A DNA stretch of 33,370 bases from Rickettsiales bacterium (GTDB taxonomy: Bacteria; Pseudomonadota; Alphaproteobacteria; Rickettsiales; UBA3002). Below the pieces are notes generated by a model, which searched no databases, had not been told where the DNA came from, and saw nothing but the letters and a program-made list of their open reading frames with translations. Location: positions 1-33,370 of the forward strand of contig PBPD01000059.1 in NCBI GenBank assembly GCA_002725445.1, given 5' to 3'. The position numbers were made by a program, and so were the translations under genes. Positions 8,792 to 17,023 of the stretch are shown here, one piece after another (the stretch's first letter is position 1; each line of letters begins with the position of its first letter).

Positions 8792-10945
8792 ATGAGTAAT
8801 CTCGCACATAAATTAAAAGCCGTTTTGTTCTATGCTAAAACCGCGCTGAAAGTGCACGGTATTGGCAAAATTGGCCGTATGGCGATGCGCATTATCGAAG
8901 CGCACGGCGTAATAGGCGGACTGGTTTATCTTAAGAACAAAGCCTCTTACATGATGCCGATTGTATCGTCGCACCACGGGGCGGCGGAGGAAAAGAAGGT
9001 TTTTCCGCATTATTTACCAGTGGATGTCATCGTATGTGTGCATAACGCGCTGGAAGATGTGCAACGCTGCCTTTCGTCGGTGGTGCGCCACAGTTTGCCA
9101 CCTTACCGTATTATTATTGTTGATGACGGCAGTGATGCCCCCACGCGCGACTATCTAAAGCGCTTTGCCGAAACACAAGGCGCAGAGCTGGTTCGCCATG
9201 AAGAGGCGAAAGGCTACACGCTGGCGGCGAACGCAGGCCTGCGTGCGAGCGATGCGGAATGGTCGATTCTCCTTAATAGCGACACAATCGTTACCCCTTA
9301 CTGGCTGGAACGTATGGTCGCATGTGGCCAAAGCCATGGCCAGATTGGCTTGGTGGGGCCATTGTCCAACACTGCGTCGTGGCAATCTGTGCCACAGGTG
9401 ATGGACGGTGATGACTGGGCCGAAAATCCACTACCTGAAGGTATAAGCGTAGCCGAATGGGGGCAGGTGATTGCGGGCGGTTCTGCGCGCGCTTATCCGC
9501 GTGTTGGGTTCCTCAACGGATTCTGCCTGATGATTAAAAAAGCCGTGCGCGAAGATCTGGGCTTGTTCGATGAAGAAACTTTTGCAGCGGGCTACGGTGA
9601 AGAGAATGACTATTGCTTGCGCGCCCGTAAAAAGGGCTGGGAACTTGCGGTAGCCGACGATACCTATATTTACCACGCGCAGTCCAAGAGCTATTCGCAT
9701 GAGCGCCGCCAGAAATTATGTGAGCGCGCCGACAAGGCTTTGCGAGAGAAACATTCTGAGGCTGCCATTCTGAGCGCATTAGAGATTACCAAGTCCAGCG
9801 AAGTTCTGGAAGGAGCGCGGGCACGCATCAGCTATTACCTTGAGCGTGAGCAATTGCGGGCAGATGTGCGCCGTCGCTATGAGGGCAAGCGTGTTCTGTT
9901 TATTTTGCCTGTGGCAGACCCGGGCGGTGGTGCCAAAGTGGTGTTTCAGGAAGCCTATGCCCTGCGCAATATGGGGGTGAATGTAGAAGTGGTTAACTTC
10001 AAGCATCATCAGGAAAGCTTCGAGAAAAGCTACAAAGGCTATCAGATTCCGGTGCATTTCATTGATTCGCCGACCTTACTGGCACAAGTGGCCAGCGAAG
10101 CCGATGCCGTTATTGCTACATTGTTCAGCTCGGTGTTTTGGATTCGCGACTATTTGCTACCGCATGCGCCGCATGTAAAAGTGGGCTATTACGTGCAGGA
10201 TTACGAGCCTTATTTCTTCCCGGAAGACAGTGACGAATATAAAGAAGCAAAAGACAGCTACACCGCGCTGGATAACATGCAGATTGTGACCAAAAGCCAG
10301 TGGAATAAGCAGGAGCTGGCGGAAAAAGAGCAGGTGAACGCGTATGTGATTGGGCCTAGCTACGACTGGTATCATTATTATCCGGTGCGTATGCGTCCGC
10401 CCGGTGCTGGCATCGTGCGCATTTGCGCCATGATTCGTCCGTCCACCCCGCGTCGTGCGCCCGAGCTGACCATTCGTGTGCTGGCGCGATTGAAGAAGAC
10501 ATTTGGCGATCGCGTGGTGATTACTATTTTCGGGGCTGACGAGAATGATCCATTCTTCAAAGAAAAGGCAGAAAGTTTCTCGTATATCAATGCAGGTGTT
10601 GTTGCCAGCAAAGACATGCCCGCATTGTTGAACTCCAATGATATTTTCCTCGACCTGTCGACTTATCAGGCGATGGGGCTGACAGCTCTGGAAGCTATGG
10701 CGTGCCGTCTGGCTGTTGTGGTGCCGGAAGAAGGCGGCGCAAAAGAGTTTGTCCTGCAGGAAGATACCGGTCTGGTGGTCGACTCCGCGGATGAAAATGC
10801 TTGCTACGAAGCCGCTGCACGTCTGGTGGAGGACAATGAGCTGCGCGAGCGCGTGGCCTCGGCTGGTTTGATGAAAGCGGCTGGCTTCTATCCTGAAAAA
10901 CCCGCCTGCCACATGCTTGAAGCTTTGTTTGGGGAGGAGCTGTAA
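8792..10945 (+). CDS. Two-domain glycosyltransferase (N-terminal GT2, GT-A fold, fused to C-terminal GT4-like, GT-B fold)
   Basis: GT2 domain: VDVIVCVHNALEDVQRCLSSVV..IIIVDDGSDAPT...LNSDTIV...GYGEENDYCLRARKKGW. GT-B domain: KRVLFILPVADPGGGAKVV ... GLTALEAMACRLAVVVPEEGGAKEFV. The start is ambiguous (TTG 8780, ATG 8792, ATG 8879, ATG 8951) and none has a convincing SD. Confidence 0.8.
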   Translation: MSNLAHKLKAVLFYAKTALKVHGIGKIGRMAMRIIEAHGVIGGLVYLKNKASYMMPIVSSHHGAAEEKKVFPHYLPVDVIVCVHNALEDVQRCLSSVVRHSLPPYRIIIVDDGSDAPTRDYLKRFAETQGAELVRHEEAKGYTLAANAGLRASDAEWSILLNSDTIVTPYWLERMVACGQSHGQIGLVGPLSNTASWQSVPQVMDGDDWAENPLPEGISVAEWGQVIAGGSARAYPRVGFLNGFCLMIKKAVREDLGLFDEETFAAGYGEENDYCLRARKKGWELAVADDTYIYHAQSKSYSHERRQKLCERADKALREKHSEAAILSALEITKSSEVLEGARARISYYLEREQLRADVRRRYEGKRVLFILPVADPGGGAKVVFQEAYALRNMGVNVEVVNFKHHQESFEKSYKGYQIPVHFIDSPTLLAQVASEADAVIATLFSSVFWIRDYLLPHAPHVKVGYYVQDYEPYFFPEDSDEYKEAKDSYTALDNMQIVTKSQWNKQELAEKEQVNAYVIGPSYDWYHYYPVRMRPPGAGIVRICAMIRPSTPRRAPELTIRVLARLKKTFGDRVVITIFGADENDPFFKEKAESFSYINAGVVASKDMPALLNSNDIFLDLSTYQAMGLTALEAMACRLAVVVPEEGGAKEFVLQEDTGLVVDSADENACYEAAARLVEDNELRERVASAGLMKAAGFYPEKPACHMLEALFGEEL

Positions 10946-12000
10946 TGCAGCACATCCACGTGATTAGGGAACGCGATGCCATGGGGCATTTGCACAGTTG
11001 TAGCTATATTCGTTTGCAACAACCGCTAACGCACCCAACTCTTGCACAAGACGTGTCAGTCACGTTTGAAGATGAGCAAGAGCCAGACACGATCGATGCA
11101 GCCATCATTGAACGGTTGGTGTTCGAGCAAAAATTCGGCATGCAGGATGCGCTGACCATGCTCGCGCATTTTGAAAAACGCGACGTGCCTATCATCTACA
11201 CCATCGATGATAACTTGCTCGACCTTAATCGTGATCCGGGCATCTGGCATTTTCCAACCGAGGAACAGCGTGCCGTGCTGCGTCTATTTGCGACGCGTGC
11301 ATCTGGTATTATCGTGTCTACCGATGAGCTGGCAGACCGCCTCAGTGGGCTGAATAATAATATTGTGGTGGTGCCCAACCAAATTGATGAGCGCCACTTC
11401 ACCCAGCCACCTGCGCGTCAGGCGGGCGACAAGGTGGAAATCGGCTATATGGGCAGCGCGACCCACCTGCAGGATGTGTTGATGATTCTTCAGCCATTGC
11501 GCGAGTTTTTGTACGATAACCGCGACACAGTAGAGCTGGAGCTGGTGGGGGTTGCCAGTGCAAACCACATTCAGGGCATGTTTGGCGATTTGCCCGTGAA
11601 ACATACGCTGGTGCCTAAGGCCTATGCGCCTTATCCGAAATTTGCAGGCTGGATGCTGGAAAATGTGCAATGGGACTTTGCCATCGCCCCGTTGGCGCGC
11701 AATAGTTTCAGCGATTGCAAGTCCGATCTGAAAATTCTGGATTATGGTATTCTCGGCATTCCGGGCATTTTCAGCGATGTGCCAAGCTATCACAGCACCA
11801 TCCGTCATGGTGAAAACGGCATGTTATCTGCCAATGAACCGCAAGCATGGCGCGATACGCTGCAAACCCTCACCGACGATGCGTGCTTGCGTGCCAAACT
11901 CTCCGATGCCATTAGCGACGAAGTATGGAGCAACCGCACATTGGCGCAGCAAGCAAAGCGCTGGGTGGAAGCGGTTGAGACCATAATCAAAGCGGCATAA
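10945..12000 (+). CDS. Glycosyltransferase-like protein (GT-B type, family uncertain)
   Basis: 351 aa. The start overlaps the upstream stop as TAATG (10943-10947), which suggests translational coupling. The pattern IRLQQPL...IIYTIDDNLLDL...IIVSTDELADRL...VVPNQID...IGYMGSATH recalls GT1/GT4-type O-antigen or glycan transferases. Confidence 0.55.
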   Translation: MQHIHVIRERDAMGHLHSCSYIRLQQPLTHPTLAQDVSVTFEDEQEPDTIDAAIIERLVFEQKFGMQDALTMLAHFEKRDVPIIYTIDDNLLDLNRDPGIWHFPTEEQRAVLRLFATRASGIIVSTDELADRLSGLNNNIVVVPNQIDERHFTQPPARQAGDKVEIGYMGSATHLQDVLMILQPLREFLYDNRDTVELELVGVASANHIQGMFGDLPVKHTLVPKAYAPYPKFAGWMLENVQWDFAIAPLARNSFSDCKSDLKILDYGILGIPGIFSDVPSYHSTIRHGENGMLSANEPQAWRDTLQTLTDDACLRAKLSDAISDEVWSNRTLAQQAKRWVEAVETIIKAA

Positions 12001-12031
12001 TCTTTTTGCGCTTTTTTGCGCTAACTCTACG

Positions 12032-12059
12032 TTGACAAAAGCTGTGGAGCATGTATAAA
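12032..12059 (+). promoter_or_regulatory. Sigma-70-type promoter for tRNA-Leu (TTGACA-16 nt-TATAAA)
   Basis: TTGACA at 12032-12037, a 16-nt spacer, and TATAAA at 12054-12059. The mature tRNA 5' end lies 18 nt downstream of the -10 element. Confidence 0.55.
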
Positions 12060-12077
12060 GAGCGCCTCTTTTCGCGT

Positions 12078-12164
12078 GCCCAGGTGGCGGAATTGGTAGA
12101 CGCGCTAGCTTCAGGTGCTAGTTCTCTTCGGGGAGTGGAGGTTCAAGTCCTCTCCTGGGCACCA
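12078..12164 (+). tRNA. tRNA-Leu (anticodon CAG), CCA encoded
   Basis: Acceptor stem GCCCAGG/CCTGGGC, discriminator A plus CCA, anticodon arm CTAGC-TTCAGGT-GCTAG (anticodon CAG), long variable arm, and T-loop GGTTCAAGTCC. 87 nt in total. Confidence 0.93.
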
Positions 12165-12203
12165 TTCAAATTCATCAAACTGTCACATTTTTTTCGGCTG
12201 ATA

Positions 12204-12219
12204 GGGCTATATATAGCCC
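12204..12219. repeat. Perfect 16-bp palindrome GGGCTATATATAGCCC
   Basis: Read directly. It lies between tRNA-Leu and the 12245 ORF, 26 nt upstream of that ATG. No U-tract follows on either strand, so it is more likely an operator or protein-binding site than an intrinsic terminator. Confidence 0.8.
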
Positions 12220-12244
12220 GTCATTATTAGCGTGAGTGTGCCCC

Positions 12245-12694
12245 ATGATTTCTGAAGATGTTTTGCAGCAAGCGCGTGCTGAAGGCGCGCGTATTCAACA
12301 AGCCAGCGCGCAAAGCAATGGCTATAACATTGTCTATATTGGCTGGTCGGGCTGTTCCTCAACCCCCACGCATTTGGTGGCGCAATCATTAGCGCAACAA
12401 TTTGGCACAGGACTGGCTTTTGTGAATTACGAAGAGTCGGTGTTGGGCTGGCCGCGTGGCAGCATGCCGTTGCCCGAACTGCCAGGTCGTGAGCTGCATA
12501 TTGACCCGCGTCGCGTAGGATTGGACGGGCCAGGGCCGTATATCGCAATGGTAGATGATAGAGGTCGCGTGGTGCTATCGAATGTGCGCATTGAGGAAGC
12601 AGAAGAGCGCATTGCTGAAGTGATCGAGCGGCGTGGCGCATCTTTGCAGAATGAGGAGATGATGCCGCAACAAGCAGAGCGTGGGCGTGGATAA
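12245..12694 (+). CDS. Hypothetical cytoplasmic protein, possible monothiol thioredoxin-fold
   Basis: 149 aa from ATG 12245 (the ORF track starts at GTG 12236). The beta-alpha-beta pattern NIVYIGWSGCSSTPTHLVAQSLAQQFG..LAFVNY, then GPGPYIAMVDDRGRVVLSNV and a C-terminal helix, resembles a TlpA/thioredoxin-like fold with CSST replacing CxxC. No signal peptide. Confidence 0.55.
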   Translation: MISEDVLQQARAEGARIQQASAQSNGYNIVYIGWSGCSSTPTHLVAQSLAQQFGTGLAFVNYEESVLGWPRGSMPLPELPGRELHIDPRRVGLDGPGPYIAMVDDRGRVVLSNVRIEEAEERIAEVIERRGASLQNEEMMPQQAERGRG

Positions 12695-13529
12695 TACATC
12701 GCATGCAGCGGCTTCGCATGACCATTCGCAGCATCTGAACCCTTATCTGATTGGCGGAACAGCGGCGGCGAGTGGCGTAATGCTCGCGCCCTATGTGCTG
12801 CCATTTTTCAATATTGGAAATTTTCATCTAACGGGTGCATGGGCGCATATTCTGGAAGGTTCCAGTTATTTTGCCGAGGCTGGTTCGGCCTATTATGGTA
12901 CCGGCGTAGCAGGGGCGCTGATGGAAGGGCTTGCCGCTGTGCCGCTATTGGGGCAAGCGCTCACCTCGAGTGCTATCATTACCTTGCCGGGCATCGGCGT
13001 AGGCGTGGCTGCGGGTGTGCTTGCGAGTGTGACAGCGGTTGCAGGGTTGGCAATTGGCGGCACCTTATTGGCCAATTGGATGGAAAAGCGAGAAGATGAC
13101 ACTGATAAGATAAAATGGAGCAAGGTGGTGCGTTATGGCGCATTGGCCAGTAGCGCGCTCATTGCTATGCCACATATTCTGGGGGCACTGAGCCTCGGCA
13201 TTACGGCCATTGCCTTTGCTATGGGCGGAAATGCCGTGCTGGGTGGCACTATTTCGTTTCTGCAAGGCACGCTTGGTGCACCAGTTATGGAGCATGGCGC
13301 CGCTACCGGGTTGGCAGCAATGCTGGTGCCGCACCTTGCAACATGCGGGAGTATTGTCGCATCGTTTTTGGGCGGGCTTTTCTGGGAAGAGACGCTTAAA
13401 CGCCCCAAAGAAAGCGGGCAGGCTGTGGATATGGAAAGTGCGCCCCCCAAAGGTGAAGTGTCTGCCTGCCATGCGCAGCATCATGGGCGGGCGGTGACAT
13501 CCCATTCGCAGGCAATGGCCTGCGTTTAG
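12681..13529 (+). CDS. Gly/Ala-rich multi-pass membrane protein with His-rich N-terminus and His/Cys-rich C-terminus
   Basis: 282 aa with a GTG start overlapping the upstream ORF by 14 nt. About 5-6 hydrophobic segments carry glycine-zipper runs (GIGVGVAAGVLASVTAVAGLAIGG). The tails are SHAAASHDHSQH and SACHAQHHGRAVTSHSQAMAC. I recognise no family. Confidence 0.6.
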   Translation: MGVDNTSHAAASHDHSQHLNPYLIGGTAAASGVMLAPYVLPFFNIGNFHLTGAWAHILEGSSYFAEAGSAYYGTGVAGALMEGLAAVPLLGQALTSSAIITLPGIGVGVAAGVLASVTAVAGLAIGGTLLANWMEKREDDTDKIKWSKVVRYGALASSALIAMPHILGALSLGITAIAFAMGGNAVLGGTISFLQGTLGAPVMEHGAATGLAAMLVPHLATCGSIVASFLGGLFWEETLKRPKESGQAVDMESAPPKGEVSACHAQHHGRAVTSHSQAMACV

Positions 13530-14731
13530 GCTGCGTGTGCTGCCAGCTGTTGTTTCAGCTGCGTGGCGGCCAATGCATAGCCGCCGTTATTACCATCAAT
13601 AAAATGAATGTGCCCGTCGGAGGCGGTTGAGGTGACCAAACAGGTCATCAGCGCGCTGTCGGCCTGATGCATGCCATAGACAATGTGTCCGCGTGCATGC
13701 AGGTCTGCCAGATATTCCTCGATTTGCTGTAATTGCTCAGGCGTGCAGTCCAACACCATACGTAACATATCATCGAATTTACGGAAATCGGAATTGGTCA
13801 GCATATCCTTGCGGTATTGCACCACGTCGAAATTTCCGAGTTTGCCGTTGGTAAGATGAAGCACGTGGAACAGTGTGATCATGCCAATATGCCCCAGCAG
13901 TTGCTTCACAATATTGCCACGCTGCCAGACCATGCGGGCATTGCGCAATGCATGCCAGCCCGGCCATTGATAGCGCAAATGCGTTAGTGGTATGGCAGGT
14001 GTGCCATCATGCCCGATAATGTCTGCCATACGCTGGTTGATCTCGGAGTAAAGATTGTCGGCCCCGTCATTGAGCACCAGCACCAAAAGGCTGAGCATGC
14101 TGCCATGCGAGGTTTTGATAGGGTGCCACCGACAGGATAAACCGTCAAGATCAGGCTCCTCCGTCCCGTCATTCGCTTCAACTACATAGCCTTCATGCTT
14201 CACCAGATCGTCGGCGAGCCCTAAGCCGCCCCCGCGAAACATGGCCATTTCACAGCCTGTTTCCATGCGGTGTTTGGCCACACGCACCTGTTTGCCGCGC
14301 GCATAGACCTCGCTGATGGGCACATTGCCCACACGTAGTGACAGCCCATGCATACGCTGCGCAAATGTCTGCACGGCCAATAATTGGGCGATAACAGCAT
14401 CCACATAGGTTGGCGGCACGAGAAGGGTTGCGCCATCGCCACCAAACACATAGGGCAAGCGAATGCCCTTGCAGGTGTTCTGTGCTGCCGTAATGCAAGC
14501 CGCACCCACCATGTTTACCTGCTTGTAGCGTCCTTGCTGGATTGCTTTGGTTGAGCCAGCGACATCGGTTAGCAGTATATGCCAGTCATCTGGTGCAGCG
14601 ACATAATGGTCAGGCTTGCAGGCATCTGCAAAACGCGTGAATGGGGCAAGGTCTTCATAAAACCGGTTGAGCTGAGATGCAGACGGAGTAGAGGCAGGAG
14701 GGGTGGAAATAGGAGGATTAGAGGCAGGCAT
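13526..14731 (-). CDS. DUF3095 family protein (class III nucleotidyl cyclase-like N-terminal domain)
   Basis: FYEDLAPFTRF...PDDWHILLTDVAGSTKAIQQGRYKQVNMVGAA...PYVFGGDGATLLVP matches my recollection of DUF3095 and carries the two metal-Asp contexts of cyclase/GGDEF palm domains. Start is ATG 14731 or TTG 14740. It overlaps the upstream peptidase gene by 14-23 nt. Confidence 0.7.
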   Translation of the reverse strand: MPASNPPISTPPASTPSASQLNRFYEDLAPFTRFADACKPDHYVAAPDDWHILLTDVAGSTKAIQQGRYKQVNMVGAACITAAQNTCKGIRLPYVFGGDGATLLVPPTYVDAVIAQLLAVQTFAQRMHGLSLRVGNVPISEVYARGKQVRVAKHRMETGCEMAMFRGGGLGLADDLVKHEGYVVEANDGTEEPDLDGLSCRWHPIKTSHGSMLSLLVLVLNDGADNLYSEINQRMADIIGHDGTPAIPLTHLRYQWPGWHALRNARMVWQRGNIVKQLLGHIGMITLFHVLHLTNGKLGNFDVVQYRKDMLTNSDFRKFDDMLRMVLDCTPEQLQQIEEYLADLHARGHIVYGMHQADSALMTCLVTSTASDGHIHFIDGNNGGYALAATQLKQQLAAHAA

Positions 14732-15509
14732 CAGCACCAAGCAGTTGTTTGCATTTGGTGTTCAGAATCATGATCTTGGTAGCGACCTCACGGTCTTGCG
14801 ATTTGGATATATATTCGTTCAGTGCGGTAGGGTTGAGCAGGATATAGCTGAACAGCTCGGCGCGTTCTTCGTGCGGGAAGCTGCGCGCATAACCATTAAT
14901 GAAGCCCACACCGCCACTGCCAAAGCGGGTTTCGCCGGCTTTTTTGCCGTAACTGTTGTTGTAACCGGAAAAATGCTTATCCCACGTATTGTCGTTTTGT
15001 GAGTTGTTTTGCAGCTCAATCAGATGGTAAAGCTCGTGAAGCGAAGTGTAGGGTAGGCGTTGGCTGACTGCATTTTTGCCGGTGGCCAGCATCAACAGCT
15101 TGAGTGGTGGTACCGGAATACCGCCAATATCGCGCCCATTTGCCTGTGCGTTATTGCATAATAGCACATAGTCTAATTCGATGTTTTCCCACGCTTGTGC
15201 AGACAGTCGCGAAAACGCCATTTCTATTTGTTTCATGGCGGGTGCGATGGTGGCATTTTTGCTACCGCCACACATATATTTGCCGCTGCCCAGACTGGTG
15301 TCTTTCTCTACATAGGCCACATTGATCGCGCGCTTTCTCAGGGCGGGAGAGGGGCTGGCTAATTTCAGGTTTGGGACATAGAGTGCCTTGGCGGCTTGCT
15401 TCTCGGCGGCGGTCTGTTCAGCCGCTATTGCTCCGCCTGCATGAAGGCACAGTGCCCCGACAAAAGCTGTCAAAATAACTTTGTGTGATTTAATTGTGCT
15501 AAATATCAA
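14718..15509 (-). CDS. Secreted putative zinc metallopeptidase (HExxH, gluzincin-like)
   Basis: Signal peptide KVILTAFVGALCLHAGGAIAAEQ; HELYH at residues 158-162 (nt 15024-15038); downstream GFINGYARSFPHEERAELF resembles the GF.s.YA...EDfAE block of the 'putative zinc-binding metallopeptidase' families. The start is TTG. Confidence 0.6.
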   Translation of the reverse strand: MIFSTIKSHKVILTAFVGALCLHAGGAIAAEQTAAEKQAAKALYVPNLKLASPSPALRKRAINVAYVEKDTSLGSGKYMCGGSKNATIAPAMKQIEMAFSRLSAQAWENIELDYVLLCNNAQANGRDIGGIPVPPLKLLMLATGKNAVSQRLPYTSLHELYHLIELQNNSQNDNTWDKHFSGYNNSYGKKAGETRFGSGGVGFINGYARSFPHEERAELFSYILLNPTALNEYISKSQDREVATKIMILNTKCKQLLGADACL

Positions 15510-15601
15510 TGTGTTGCAGAAAAATGGCCAAGGTTAATATTACTGTCACAATAATAACGTAAACTGGTGAATGGTAAACCAAAAAACGAGATGCCAGCTA
15601 G

Positions 15602-16936
15602 GTGAGCATTACTGTACAGAAGAATTTGGAGACATTACGCGCTGTTCTGCCCGAACAAAGCGACATGCCAGGATTGCCACCTGTGGTCTACGATGCGTTC
15701 ATCTCAGATGCGCGGCTTCGCCAGTCTCATATTGAGCGGCTGAATGAATTTCAGGGGTTGCTGGCTGGTGAGAAAAAAAGCGAATATCAGCAATTAGCAT
15801 TCACGCAGCTACGCAATGCGATGGGCTTGCGCGAGCCCGATGCCATGAAGCAAAGCTTCAGCGTGACCAAAGACCTGCTGGAGTTGGTGGCCGAGCATCC
15901 CACAGACGAACAGCCAGACGTCTTTAAGCAATTGCTAAAAGACATCAAAAACAAGGGCTATTACGTCGATAAGAGCCATGTCAAACACCATGTGGATCTA
16001 AACCGTGGTTGGGATGTGAGCTTTATGGTGGGTGGTTTTCTGGCGGCGAGCATTGCGTTGTTTTCAGCAGCGGTGACGCAGTTCTGGCCAGCGTGGTTCA
16101 ACTCTGGTTTGTCAGCCTATGCAGGCATTGGCCGGCTGGGGGCGCTTATAGACAAGTCCAAGCAGAAGCCAGAAATTATGCGGGAATATCCTGACCTTTT
16201 CGACATGGCTGCGATGGAAAGTTATACCGAACACCGTTTGGAAATGGCATTCCGACCGTTGGAGCGTTTCCGGCACGACTTGGTGGAGAATGCATCCGTA
16301 TGCGCGGAAATGCAGGATAATTACCGGCTGGATAGCGATGTATTTGCGACTATCGCAGCAGTTGATATGCTGATTCGTCTTTCGCATAAAGCGCCATCGC
16401 GTGCGGTGAAGCTATTGCAATTGCCAACCAGTGCGCCTGCCAGTGACGCGGAAGGTATTTTAAGTCCGACACAGGTGTTCACGCCTCATTCTTCGGAGGA
16501 AGAAGCTGAAAGCGAAACGTTGCGTATTGAAGAAGCGCTACGCGAGCGATTCAACTATAAATCCACTTCGGAAGCCGTCATTGACGGTTTGAAAACAGAA
16601 TTCCGCCTGATGGGCGTAGATATGAGCAAAGAAAAACATCCAGACTATGATGTCACCTCGCCCACACGTTTTAGAGAAGTCTCCCCTAAAATTAAAAAAA
16701 TTGCCGACGAATGCGCGACCGCTTTCCTGACGGCGAACGCGAACCGCGATATGCCGTTAATGATGAATATCTTGCTGCCTGATGCAGATCAGCTGCCCAA
16801 GGGTAAGCACGCAGATGTATTGATTGAACGTTTGAGTGAAACGCTGCAGCGTCTGGCGATTGCTATTCAGCATGACAGACGCCACGAATTCACAGGACCT
16901 GAAAAGGCAGAATCAACGGTGGCTATGCAGCGTTAG
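15602..16936 (+). CDS. Hypothetical protein with central hydrophobic hairpin (membrane-anchored?)
   Basis: 444-aa ORF with a GTG start and no convincing SD. The only recognisable feature is a hydrophobic stretch FMVGGFLAASIALFSAAVTQFWPAWFNSGLSAYAGIGRLGAL (about residues 150-192). No known motifs. Confidence 0.55.
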   Translation: MSITVQKNLETLRAVLPEQSDMPGLPPVVYDAFISDARLRQSHIERLNEFQGLLAGEKKSEYQQLAFTQLRNAMGLREPDAMKQSFSVTKDLLELVAEHPTDEQPDVFKQLLKDIKNKGYYVDKSHVKHHVDLNRGWDVSFMVGGFLAASIALFSAAVTQFWPAWFNSGLSAYAGIGRLGALIDKSKQKPEIMREYPDLFDMAAMESYTEHRLEMAFRPLERFRHDLVENASVCAEMQDNYRLDSDVFATIAAVDMLIRLSHKAPSRAVKLLQLPTSAPASDAEGILSPTQVFTPHSSEEEAESETLRIEEALRERFNYKSTSEAVIDGLKTEFRLMGVDMSKEKHPDYDVTSPTRFREVSPKIKKIADECATAFLTANANRDMPLMMNILLPDADQLPKGKHADVLIERLSETLQRLAIAIQHDRRHEFTGPEKAESTVAMQR

Positions 16937-17023
16937 CAATTGTGACAGTTCGTTGAAATAAATACAGGCTATATTGCGCTTTTGGAAAAGCCGAATAAAG
17001 TAACGGCCGACAAAGAATGAAGG

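Noticed and set aside
12403-12417. Sigma-54-like element TGGCAC-N5-TGGC (GG-N10-GC spacing).
   Set aside because: It lies inside the 12245-12694 CDS, about 265 nt upstream of the next start, with a non-consensus -12 element (TGGC rather than TTGC). No enhancer-binding protein gene is nearby. It is most likely a chance match.
15510-15517. TGTGTTGC half-site in the shared 92-bp control region, matching the left half of the 21824 palindrome.
   Set aside because: Only 8 nt match and the right half (CACA at the required spacing) is absent. An 8-mer match is expected many times by chance.
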